From contig NW_027141237.1 in assembly GCF_036365525.1 (NCBI RefSeq), positions 558,001-622,000 of the forward strand: DNA of 64,000 nt, read 5' to 3'. This DNA comes from Heterodontus francisci (Eukaryota). Below the pieces are notes generated by a model. It searched no databases. It worked only from the letters and a program-made list of their open reading frames with translations, and was not told the origin of the DNA. The first letter of the stretch is position 1. Each line of letters starts with the position of its first letter. This document shows positions 51,231-62,734 of the stretch, one piece after another. A program made the position numbers and the translations under genes.

Positions 51231-52008
51231 GGGTGATGCCCTGTATTAAGGGCTGAAAAGGCAAGCTCCTTTCTTTGCTTCTGTGAACAAAGATGCACCC
51301 TATAGGGACCAGGCCTGACATGATGAGAGAGACGTCAGCGGGATTCCTCCTCACGCTATGAGCACGCTGAGTACCTACAACATCAAAGACGCATGGAAGG
51401 GCAGATGGTACCCAGGCTCTACACGCAGGGCTAGCAGTGAGGTCAGGATGTACAGAAGTGGCTTATCAGACAAAGGCTGACTGCTCCATAGGAACCAACA
51501 TCAGATCTGCAAGCCACACATCACCCCCGCTCACCTGTTGTGCACCAGTCCACATCGGCAACACCCCTATTAGAGGCAGCAGCTGACGGAGCCAATGTGC
51601 ATGTCACTGCATCCTTGGAAACGCTCCTGAGTAATGGTGGTATGACAATGATGTTATTGCATACGTTGGCTCTCCTGAAGGGTCAGCGATGCAAAGGTAT
51701 GTGACACTGGCGCTACAAGCTGGCACATATTATTCACACAAAGAAAAGGACACACATGTTGGTGAGGGACATTTCGTGAAAGACCTATTTACATTGCTGT
51801 GACACCCGTGCATTCCCATTTGCCTCAATGAGTCCTCTGCAAACCTCTGTAATACCTTTTATTGTCTATTGAAGTCACACATCCTGGAATGTACAAATTT
51901 AAGATTATTCACCCGGGTGCAGCACGCCTACAAGAAGGAATGTTGCACTTGAGTGAAAGAAGAGGATCATAACTTCACAGGACACTGGGACCCAGCAAGT
52001 TCGGTCTG

Positions 52009-52180
52009 TGGCAGCAAAGCAGAAAGTGCTGTGGTCACTCAGAACTCCAGGCAGCATCTGTGGGGAGAGAAGCGAAGTTAACTTTCAGGTGTGTGAACCT
52101 GGACAAGTTAACTCTGCTTCTCTCTCCACAGAAGTTGCCTGACCTACTGGGTTTCTGCACCACTTTCTGCTTTGCTGCCA
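52009..52180. repeat. Palindromic (fold-back) element made of two inverted PLE terminal fragments
   Basis: tggcagcaaagcagaaagtg...cactttctgctttgctgcca perfect 20 bp termini; inner arms ctgtggggagagaagc/gcttctctctccacag and gttaac/gttaac. Confidence 0.8.
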
Positions 52181-52373
52181 GATTAACAGTAGCCCCACTC
52201 TTCAGCAGTCCCCTAAGTACTCTTTGACAGCTCTCAAGAAGCAGGTGCTGGGGTGCTTAAAATAGGGCCACAGCAACTGCTGCTCAACTGTCAAAAACTC
52301 TCTAACTGCGCCGAATATCCCGCCTCTTCCCATGTAATATGGGGAGGGCAGCTTGGCGCCGTGATTCTAATCA

Positions 52374-54612
52374 ACATAGAACATAGAACAGTACAGCACA
52401 GTACATGCCCTTCGGCCCACGATGTTGAGTCGAATGTTTAACCTACTCTAAGATCAAACTACCTACATACCCTTCATTCTACTATCATCAATGTACCTAT
52501 CCAAGAGTCGCTTAAATGTCCCTAATGTATCTGCTTCTACTACCACCGCTGGTAGCGCATTCCACGCACCCACCACTCTCTGTGTAAAGAACCTACCTCT
52601 GACATCTCCCCTAAACCTTCCTCCAATCACCTTAAAATTATGCCCCCTGGTGATAGCCCTTTTTGCCCTGGGAAAATGTCACTGGCTATCCACTCTATCT
52701 ATGCCTCTCATCATCTTGTACCCCTCTATCAAGTCACCTCTCATCCTTCTTCACTCCAATGAGAAAATCCCTAGCTCCCTCAATCTTTCTTCGTAAGACA
52801 TGCCCTCCAGTCCAGGCAGCATCCTGGCAAATCTCCTCTGCACCCTCTCTAAAGCTTCCACATCCTTCCTATAAAGAGGCAACCAGAACTGAACACAATA
52901 TTCCAAGTGTGGTCTAACCAGGGCTTTATAGAGCTGCAGCATAACCTCGCGGCTCTTAAACTCAATCCCCCTGTTAATGAAAGCCAACACACCATACGCC
53001 TTCTTAACAACCCTATCAACTTGGGTGGCAACTTTGAGCGATCAATGGACATGGACCTCAAGATCCCTCTGTTCCTCCACGCTACCAAGAATCCTGTCTT
53101 TAAGCCTGTATTCCGCATTCAAATTCGACCTTCCAAAATGAATCACTTCACACTTTTCCAGGTTGAACTCCATATGCTACTTCTCAGCCCAGCTCTGCAT
53201 CCTGTCAATGTCCCGTTGCAACCTACAACAGCCTTCCACACAATCCACAACTCCAGCAACCTTCGTGTCATCGGCAAACTTGATAACCCAGCCTTCCACT
53301 TCCTCAACCAAGTCTTTTATAAAAATCACAAAGACCAGAGGTCCCAGAACAGATCCCTGCGGAACATCACTGGTCACCGAGCTCCAGGCTGAATACTTTC
53401 CATCTCCTACCACCCTCTGTCTTCTATGGGCCAGCCAATTCTGTATCCAGACAGCCAACTTTCCCTGTATCCCATGCCTCCTTACTTTCTGAATGAGCCT
53501 ACCATGGGGAACCTTATCAAACGCCTTGCTAAAATGCATATACACCACATCCACTGCACTTCCTTCATCAATGTGTTTTGTCACATCTTCAAAGAATTCA
53601 TTAAGGCTTGTGAGGCATGACCTGCGCCTCACAAAGCCATGCTGACTTTCTCTAATCAAACTATGCTTTTCCAAATAATGATAAATCATGTCTCTCAGAA
53701 TCCTCTCCAATAATTTGCCCACTACCGACGGAAGACTGACTTGTCTATAATTCAAAGGGTTATCCCTATTCTCTCTCTTGAACAAGGGAATAACATTTTG
53801 CACCCTCCAATCATCTGGTACTACTCCAGTGGACAGTGAGGACGCAAAGATCATCGCCAAAGGCGCGGCAATCTCTTCCCTCGCTTCCCGTAATATCCTT
53901 GGGTATATCCCGTCTGGCCCTGGTGACTTATCTGTCTCAAGTCTTTCAAAATTTCCAGCACATCCTCTTAACATCAACCTGTTCGAGCATATCAGCCTTT
54001 TTCACACTGTCCTCACAAACGACCAGGTTCCTCTCACTAGTGAATACTGAAGCAAAGTATTCATTTCGGACCTCCCCTACCTCCTCCGACTCCAGGCACA
54101 GGTTCCCTCCACTATCCCTGATCGGCCCTACCCTCACTCTGACCATCCTCTTGTTCCTCACATAAGTGTGGAACGCCTTGGGAGTTTCCTTAATCCTACC
54201 CGCCAAGACTTTTTCATGTCCCCTTCTAGCTCTCCTAAGTCCATTTTCAGTTCCTTCCTGGCTACCTTGTAACCCTCTAGAGCCCTGTCTGATCCTTGCT
54301 TCCTTCTTCCTCTTGACTAGCTGTTCCACATCTCTTGCCATCCAAGGTTACTTCACCCTACCATCCCTTCTTGCCTCATCGGGCCAAACCTATCCAGCAG
54401 TCACAGCAAGTGCTCCATAAACAACCTCCACATTTCTGTCGTGCATTTCCCTGAGAACATCCGTTTCCAATTTATGCTCCCCAGTTCCTGCCCAATAGCC
54501 TTGTAACTCCCCCTCCCCCAATTAAATATTTTCCCATCCCGTCTGCTCCTGTCCCTCTCCATGACTATAGTAAAGGTCAAGGAGTTGTGATCACTATCAC
54601 CCAAATGCTCTC
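52374..54612 (-). mobile_element. Young CR1 ORF2 fragment with 3' end
   Basis: 266 aa RT ORF (PGPDGI, QHGF, FSKAFDKV, PQGSVLGP, FADD); HLGDSDHNS EN motif at the 5' break; (catagaa)n tail. Confidence 0.95.
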
Positions 54613-55181
54613 TGTTAGCGGGAATGAATCTGGAAGAATCACTCGACACTCAGGTCTGCTCCAATGTCAAACAGTTTATTGAGTTACGCCAGCGGGGAGA
54701 AGGTCACTGGGCTGTCCAGATGCCTCCCCATTGAACAAAGGAAAATCATCCACACTTATACATTTTTCAAACAATTACTCAGCCCATCCTTGCTGGACAT
54801 GATCCAATCATACCGGTTATTGATTACATACATTACACATATTACCAATTAGATTACTCATTAGGCACCATGTGGCTACGTGATCAGCTTAGCATACCCC
54901 TTGATCATCTTGTGATGTTTCCCAGACCCCCTTATCAACTATCCTTGAGTCTTCACAATGAATCCTTCTACCTTTATCAAGCTTGCATTCCTGATTGCTT
55001 CCTGCAGTCTGCAGTTACACAAAGCAGCTGTCTGGTACACTGATATGAGGGGCCCTCCTTGGTCAGGCTAATTGCCTGTGCTAAGCAGTACCGTGCTCAA
55101 GGCTGCAAGCTAACTAACCTGCCCCACAATGCCTTGGGTAAATACTTCATTTTGTAACAATATGTGTCTATACTTTCATCT

Positions 55182-55214
<33 letters not shown>

Positions 55215-55260
55215 GTGTGTATTTATTTAGTTGCAGCAGCCACAATCTTTTCCTTCTACA
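54613..55260 (-). mobile_element. 3' LTR (648 bp) of an ERV-like/LTR element
   Basis: On the minus strand, PPT AAAGGGGGGAT (55261-55271) directly precedes TGTAG..., AATAAA lies at ~54675-54680, and the end is ...CTAACA at 54613. Confidence 0.8.
55182..55208. repeat. (TA)n microsatellite inside the LTR
   Basis: Direct reading. Confidence 0.95.
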
Positions 55261-55690
55261 ATCCCCCCTTTCGGTAAAGGACTACCCCTAGTCCTGTTAA
55301 CCGACATACCTACTTTATTATCCCCGTTTTAACCCTGTCCGGTGTTCCCTGCCTCTACGTGCTGGCCAGTCACGTGATTTCAGGAATCCCGGTCACTTAA
55401 ATCAAATCAATATGACCCAAATTATCGTGTCCCTTTGCGGTTAACCTCCTGTGTTGTTCCTTTACCAAAGCCTTTGCTTTCTTTCGCTTAGTATATTGTC
55501 CGCATGATCTGTACATCCCTGTGCAGCCGGGGCACCTCTATGTTCTACATACTCCTCCTCCTCATCTTCCACAAATTGCTCCTCCTCTTTCTCCCATGAG
55601 CTGTGTCCATCTCGCATAACACCCTTGTCAATGTCCAAACCGTGATTGCAGTTGCACTCATACCGGCAAATGGAGTGTCTTCTAGCACAT
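55261..55690 (-). mobile_element. Residual internal 3' region of the LTR element
   Basis: Contiguous with the PPT; the upstream boundary is a guess. Confidence 0.45.
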
Positions 55691-56022
55691 TCCTGATTCG
55701 TTCCATTTCGGTAGCGGAAAGATGGAAGTTTTGGATGATGTCGATGGTAATAAGACATGAGAAGAATTAAAAGGAGTGGAATTGCTCCAGTAAAGATTAT
55801 TCCTGAACATCCCAGCTTTACCTGCTCTTGTCCCCTCTGTTACCTCGACCTGCCCCTTTCACACACCGGCTCACTTTTCCACAACTATTTTAACAACATT
55901 AAACACAGCATTTAGCTGGAATGAGTTTGGCTGCATCCTGGCGTTTTATCACTGCTTTGACCGCAACCCCAGATTCCTGGGCAGTGCCTTTTGTGGAGTC
56001 GATAAGTTAACCGTGTTGGTTT

Positions 56023-56873
56023 TCATTCTTTGATGAACTTCAGTAACAGATGAATGGGATGTGTCACAACACGTTTCATCTCCTCCCTGAATTTAGCCTG
56101 GGTGAGAGCATAAATGCAGGTGTTGGTGCAGGAGTTCAGATACATCAACATGTCCCTGACATTTGTGACTATTAAATTCGGACTCATGTCCAGCATTATT
56201 TCCTGACACACAATGTCCATCACTCTGGTCATCCACAGCACGACGAAGCTGCCCGACATGGAAAAGAGCAGGATGATGGACCTTCGCCGGTTCTCCATCT
56301 CCAGGTCAACTTGTTTCCCATCATTACCTTGACTTCGGAATGCCTTGCAGACCTGACTGGCCATGACAATGTGTCTGACGGTCAGAGCATTGAGCAGCAA
56401 GTTACAAACATTGGGAATGTGAGGGGTTAAGACTGTAACAGACCACAGTGATTTTGTACACACATTGCGAAGTTTGCACCCATTGTAAGGACCACGTGTG
56501 TGAATGGGTTCGTAGGTGAAATAGCGTGGGATATTTCTCAATTTGCCTACCATGCAGTGTCATTATTACTCGTGCCGCCGTTCTCACCGTTCAGTACCTA
56601 ACTTTCAGCCTCTGGCAACAAATGGCCATAAAACCGATCGAGGGTGAAGGCCACGGTGAGCCAGACCGAGCAATCCACCAATGCAGCATTCATAATGCAG
56701 TTGAGGCTACACACATAGTAATGGTTAAGGAATGAGAAGGGGAAGTCGAGGGTTCCCACGTACTTCAATGATGACCAGCAAGTTTGCCACTGCCATGGAC
56801 ACCAGGTACCGGCCTATACATCTAGAGATGCCGCAGCTCCCTCAGATCAGAATCACTGTATTCATTATGTTCG
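56023..56873 (-). pseudogene. GPCR pseudogene E (exon 2), a more divergent subfamily
   Basis: Acceptor ctttccttctctggcag|CG AAC; ANIMNTVILI*GSCGISRCIGRYLVSMAVANL; FPFSFL...VC; DCSVWLTVAFTLDR; frameshifts; LLNALTVRHIV...EMENRRRSIILLF; NSCTNTCIYALTQAKFREE. Confidence 0.92.
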
Positions 56874-57009
56874 CTGCCAGAGAAGGAAAGAAAGAGATGA
56901 TGGTTACTAATTACAGTCACATCATGTGAAGTAGGATGGCACCGAATGTAAAAAGAATAGGAGAGGAGGCAAGGGAATCCATGGATGCTGGCGAGGAAAA
57001 GCCACATGA

Positions 57010-58270
57010 GCTACCATTGATCATCTCCCCGCTCACTCAATGAGTTTCGATTATCCATCCTTCCCCAGTTACTCAATGAATTCCTATTGTCTAACTCACT
57101 GCATCGTTAACTGAGCTGCAATGGTCTAACTCTCCCCCTTACTCAATGAGCTCCCATTATCAAAAGCTCACACAGTCACTCAATGATTTCCTATTGTTTA
57201 ACTGTCTGTATCATTGTCCAACACTCAATCAATGAGCTTCCACTGTCCAATTGTCAACATCAAGCATGAGTTTCATTTGTCCAACACTCTGCATCAGTCA
57301 TTCAACTCCGATTGACCAACTCTCTGCATCACTCAATGGACTCCTATTGTCGAAATCTCTGTCACTTATTCAACGTGTTCTCATTATTCAACTCGCTCTG
57401 TATCACCCAAATAGTTTCCCGTTCCCAAGTCTCTCACTCAATGTGTAACCATTAACCAGTTCTGACAATCATCAGTGAACTGCCATAGCCCTCTCCATTG
57501 TACATTGCCCAACACTCAATCAATGAGCTCCCACTGTCCAACCTGCTCCTACCTACTCGCTGCACTTCCAATTTTCCAACTGTCACTTAATGAGAAGTAA
57601 TTTTCCAACTGTTTTCATCACTCAACAAGCTCCCAATGGGTCAATAACTCATTGTGTTCATATTGTCCAACATGATACATCACTCTTTGAGCTCTCATTT
57701 TCCAAATCTCTGCATCACTCACTAACATTCCGTTGTCGATCACTCCCTTACTCAAAGCTCTCATTGAAGAACTCTTTCTATTCTTCAGTGAGATCCAGTT
57801 TTCCAACACTCTCCATCACTCAATGATTTCCCATATGCCCAACACTCTATCACAAATAGACCTTCTACTGTCTAATTCTCTACTAGTCACTCAATGAGTT
57901 CGTATTATTGTCGCCAACTCCAGACCTCAAAAAACTTACCTTTCATGACTTTCCCATTGAATGAACTCATTGTCGAACTCACCTATCACTCAGTAATTGC
58001 TGAAATGTCTCCTTCAGAGCGTTCCCATTGCTCAACATTCTCCATGACTCAATGAGCTTGCATTGGCCAATTCTTTTTATCACTCAATGCTTTCGTATTG
58101 TTCAATTGCCCCCTTCATCAATGAGCTCGAATTAACTCACTGCTCAATGAGCACCCCACAACCAACACTCTACATCAGCCAATGATCTCTCATTAACCAG
58201 ATTTCTAATTCACGTAATGAGTCGCCATCGTCTGCTCCCTCACTCAAATGGCCTCTCATTGACCAGCGCA
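57010..58270. repeat. Degenerate ~35 bp minisatellite (ACTCAATGAGCTCCCATTGTCCAACTCTCTGCATC-like)
   Basis: actcaatga recurs about every 33-38 nt for ~1.2 kb; a few more units near 58480-58570. Confidence 0.85.
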
Positions 58271-58284
58271 TTCCCATCTTCCAC

Positions 58285-58465
58285 CTATCACAGACCTTTT
58301 GTTCTTCCTCCTTTCCATGTTCCTCCCAGGATACTTGCTTAAAAACTATCACCTCTAATATTTCCGAGTTCTGCCGAAAGATCACCAGCTGAAACATTAA
58401 TTCTTTGTCTCTTCCCACGGATGCTGCTGACCTGCTTGGTATTTCCAATATGTTCCGTTTTTATG
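58285..58465 (+). mobile_element. PLE terminal fragment with decayed hammerhead motif (58366-58403)
   Basis: Reverse complement of 9140-9335; GAGTT-CTGCCGA-AAGATC..AGCT-GAAA-CATT-AATTC. Confidence 0.7.
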
Positions 58466-58679
58466 AGCCAAATTCTGCCCCTCCATCAATGAGCTCACAG
58501 TGCCTAACTGGGCCTCTCGCTCAATAAGATCCTCCTCACCAATTCTTTCAATTACTTTGGGAGCTTCTATTGCTTTCAATGTAGTGAACTTAGTCAGGCT
58601 TTGTAATTCCTGTATTTTCTTCCCCTTTAACAGTTCCATCTGTTTGTCGGCAGACAGAGACTGCCCCACCCCCACACGC

Positions 58680-58748
58680 TTGGGCAATTAGGGATGGGCA
58701 ATAAATTCTGGCCGAGCCAGCGATGCCCACATCCCACGAACGTTTAAG
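58680..58748 (+). mobile_element. LINE 3' tail fragment
   Basis: gggcaattagggatgggcaataaattctggcc..gccagcgatgcccacatccca, a LINE/SINE 3' tail motif I recognise from shark DNA. Confidence 0.5.
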
Positions 58749-58789
58749 TAAAACAAAGGCCGGAACACAAACAGAGCAAAAATGCACAG

Positions 58790-58998
58790 TAACACACATA
58801 ATGCACAGCCACATAAATACACACATAGACACCAACGCACGCACGCACTCACACTCATATAGCATGCGTTCATGACCACAATTAGACATATACATTTGCT
58901 CACCCATATGATAGCATGTCGACACAAATAGTCGTGCCTACAGGCACACAGGCTCACACACACACGTGCACTCTCACAACCAGACCATACATACGTAC
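58790..58998. repeat. Degenerate (CA)n-rich tract
   Basis: Direct reading. Confidence 0.8.
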
Positions 58999-60069
58999 AT
59001 TTCCAGGCAACGAAAGTTTAAAGAGGAACCAACTCATTTAGTGTCTATCTTCCAGTCACATACCAGCCACACCGATCCCTGATAGAGAATGTTACAACAT
59101 GCCCTGTACCAGTAAGAATGCCAAACCTCCCATCCTCGGAGAGAGACAGTGACGTGTACTGGAGCTGGAGACAGCTGCATACTCTGAAAGACAGAGGTCG
59201 GGAGTTTGAAGCAGCTCTTAAAATATACCCAGGAGAATCCCACAGTGAGGCAGGGAACTCAAGGGTCTCATACCAGCTGCAGTGAACGCAGCAACCAGAC
59301 TCGGGTCTAGGGGAGAGTTTAACTTGACTTTGCACTGTGTAAAAACCACAAATATACTTTGTAATAATACCGCTTTACTGAGTTTTATTCGGAAAGAGGC
59401 TGTATTTATTTCATGTTTCATTCTCTGTTCCTTGTTAATGCAAGCTGACTTCTCGGATACACTCTCGGTGCTAAAGATAAAAGAAAGCAAGGGCTTGCTT
59501 TGCAGAAGCATCTATCATGCCCACAGGACGGGGTTTACAGCCGATGCAATATTTTTAAATAATTGTCGCTGTTGTAATGTAAAAAAACACGACATTCAGT
59601 GTCCGCAGAAGTTCCCACAGCAACTTTATGATGAACAGTTAATCTGTTCTCATGATTATGGTTGGTGAATATTGTCGAGCACGACTTGAATCGGGAATGC
59701 TATCTGGGATTGTTTCACTGAATCCCTCACAGAGTTAAATCCTCAGAATTCACCAAGAAGTAATATACCATGACAACAGCCTGGTCAGTAATCCTCTGCT
59801 GACAGTAGTTCTGTAGTGAGTCTCTCAGTGTGGCCAGTCTCCCCCCACCAGCCTATCCCCACCAACCCCCACAGTGATCAGTCTCTATGCACAGTCTATT
59901 TATAGTCATTCCCCTGTGCTCAGTCGCCATGTGGCCACTTATGGCGTGGTCATTCGCACTGTGGTCTGCCTCATTGTGATCAGCTAATCTTGGTCAGAGC
60001 CCAGTGTTCAGCATTACATACAAACATATGAATTAGAAGTAACAATAGGCCATTCGGTCTATTAAGCCA

Positions 60070-60275
60070 GGTCCAACATGATACATCATTCTCTGAGTTC
60101 ACATTTTCCATATCTCTGCATCATTCAATGGGCTCCCTTTGTTCAAAGCTGTGGATCACTAAATGAACTCATGCTGTTCAACTCTCTGCATCACTCAAGG
60201 AAATCCCATTGTCGATCTCTACCTTACTCAGAGTTCTCATTGTCGAACTCTTTCTATCCCTCAATAAGCTCCTAG
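60070..60275. repeat. Second block of the 35 bp minisatellite; duplicate of ~57665-57795
   Basis: gtccaacatgatacatca...ttttcca.atctctgcatca and ccttactca.ag.tctcattg..gaactctttctat occur in both blocks. Confidence 0.8.
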
Positions 60276-60929
60276 CTGTCGTACAATTCAGACTCCGACC
60301 CTTACCTCTCTGTCTATGACACATCGGCATATTGCACGCTTCGAGAGTGCAGATTGTGGGTTGACTGTTTCTTACTGATAATTTAGTTCTCAAATTAATC
60401 GGAGTTGCACACTGAATCTCTGGTTTCACGAATTTATTAAGCATTAACATAATTCCACATACACTTACAAGCAGTAGTCACAAGAAAACATTGCGAGGTT
60501 TAGCCGATGAATTCAAACACATTACAGTTTCCAGTTCGGTTTGCAAGATATGCACTATTCGAATTCTGAAGTAACTTTTCCTCTTCCCTTCTAGGTGCGA
60601 AATTGCATGTTTCTTAGCAGCACTGCATACTTATTATTCAACACTAATTTCACTGAGCTGTTCTTGCTTCCATAGATGTGTAACTCACTAACTTGACTGC
60701 ATTCCACAAATTAGTAGATCTACAGTCTTTCCAGGCAAGAGTTTAGATTACAGGCCTCTTTTCAAATGAAAGAGCAAAGGGACTAAATCGGCATGTTCTG
60801 TGTCTGTGACCTCTAACCATTTGAAAACATTACAATTTAAGAACCATGCCTCCCGATATAACCAATAAAAGCCAAAAGCTAGTATTGCCACAATGTAGAG
60901 ACAAATCTGTCCTTGCAAAGTTACAACAC

Positions 60930-61290
60930 AGAGGGAGCCCATTCGGCTCATCGGACCTTTGAAAAGGATATTTAATTCGTTCCATTTCCTTTGCCTTCCC
61001 ACATAGCCCTGCAAGCATTTTCCTTTTAAAATATCAAACCAAGTCTTTTTTGAAAGTTACTATTGAATCTGTTCCTTTTCAGGCCGTGCATGCCTTTCAT
61101 AACAACTCGCTGGTTATTTCTTCCCTCATCTCTCCTCTGGTCCTTGACAAAATTATCTGAAATCTGTTTCCTCTGGTTATGGATCTTCCTGCCAGTGGAA
61201 ACAGTTTCTTCTTCTGTACCATATCAAAGGCCGTTGGCATTTGAATGCCTCCATCTCTGCTTCCCTTTACCTTCTCTGCTCTGCAACAAG
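60930..61290 (-). mobile_element. CR1 3' fragment
   Basis: KKLFPLAGRSITRGNRFQI. Confidence 0.7.
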
Positions 61291-61379
61291 GAATACACGT
61301 GGACAAATGCGTATTTGTGGGGGGGGGTGGGGTGTGGGGTACGTAGGTGGTAATCAGCATGATGTTTCATTTCCCATCT

Positions 61380-61850
61380 TTTACCTAATGTCATGAGACT
61401 TCATGGCGTCCCAGAGTAACTCTTTCCCTATTGTATACCACTGTGTTGCCACCGCCGATGGGCCTGTCCTGCTGGTGCTGGGGTTGATGCGGAGTAGTCC
61501 ATCTGGTTTCATTCCTTTTCTTACACTTTGCAGCAGTTTAATACACCTGAGTGGCCTGCTAGGCCATTTCAGAGGGCATTTAAGGGTCAACATTGCTGTG
61601 AGTCTGGAGACACATGTCGGCCAGACCAGGTATGGATGGCAGATTTTCTTCTCCAAATGACATTAATGACGCAGATAAACTTTCACAACAATCGACAATG
61701 GTTTGATGGCCACCATTGCACCAGCTTTTCATTGCAGATTTATTAACTAAATTAAAATATCAACATCTGCCATGGCACCGTCCCCAGAGAATTAGCCTAG
61801 GCATCGAGATTACTAGTTTAGTGACATTACCACTATGCCACTACCTCCCA
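61380..61850 (-). mobile_element. tRNA-headed LINE/SINE 5' fragment (internally deleted)
   Basis: Minus strand starts ggaggtagtggcatagtggtaatgtcact..actagtaatc and ends in catgaagtctcatgacat, shared with 63278-63295. Confidence 0.65.
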
Positions 61851-62734
61851 TCAGCTTTAAAATCAATAACCAAATCATTTACATTAGGTACTTCCTGTTT
61901 TTCCCCCATTGTTGAAAAAATTGTGAAAAGGTAACAGATTTACTCCTGTCAGTGTGATGAGAGAAACAAACATGCAACTCCATCTGGCTGGACACTGCTG
62001 CTCATTTCACCATCAAAATGATGAACCACTTCATAATTAAGGCCATTCAGTTTTCTGCATTTTCTGGGCAGTCACATCTTGGATTTCTTTACTGGCTCAG
62101 ATTTTGTGAGGGAGGGTGGGGCTGAAATGTTAACCAGTGAACTGTCCCATCATTATCCCTCTGAAACTGACAGCAATGTCTGAATGTAGCGCATGCACAG
62201 ATCAGTCAGAGGCCCTGATGTTGGGGCCTGACCTTCAGGAGTTCGCTGCAGGTTCCGCTGTGATTATATTTTAGACTTTTGGTTTTCCTTGTTGCGAAAA
62301 CCCTTTCATATGGTTGCCTTTTGGACAGCTTGATGACATCATACCAGCTCCACGCTGCAATTGCCCAGTAAAGAATGGGACAATCAGTGGCATTACCACT
62401 GCACGGAATCTGAGACAAAAATAGCACCGCCCACGTATGTGGACGCTTCTGATGCACATTTCACACATATTTAGCTCTCTGGCAGCGAATGCGAGATGCA
62501 TCTTGGAGAGTCAAAACTATACTTAGTTTAGGTTCTGCAAGCTCTGCACGGGTGACTATCACACCGTCGTTAATTAGTCTTGCAATATGCGTCTTTCACG
62601 TCAGAGATTGACCCTGTAGTGTAACAGTTTTTTTTCTAATTGCGTTAACTCTTTACATTCACACTCAAATACTTTTTATGTTCTAAAGTGAACCAACATT
62701 TTAAAAAATTTGTGTATGAGGTCGGGGATGTAAG

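Noticed and set aside
55462-55758. Acidic 98 aa ORF as a viral accessory or env gene
   Set aside because: No recognisable motif; it straddles the uncertain element boundary.
57010-58270. CRISPR-like array (palindromic ~35 bp repeats)
   Set aside because: Units are head-to-tail and degenerate with no unique spacers, there are no cas genes, and the context is vertebrate.
58590-58963. Cys/Val-rich ORFs
   Set aside because: Translations of the (TG)n-rich tract.
62477-62489. tctctggcagcgaa, identical to the pseudogene E acceptor on the opposite strand, as a sixth GPCR exon
   Set aside because: The downstream sequence does not encode any GPCR-like motif; likely chance.
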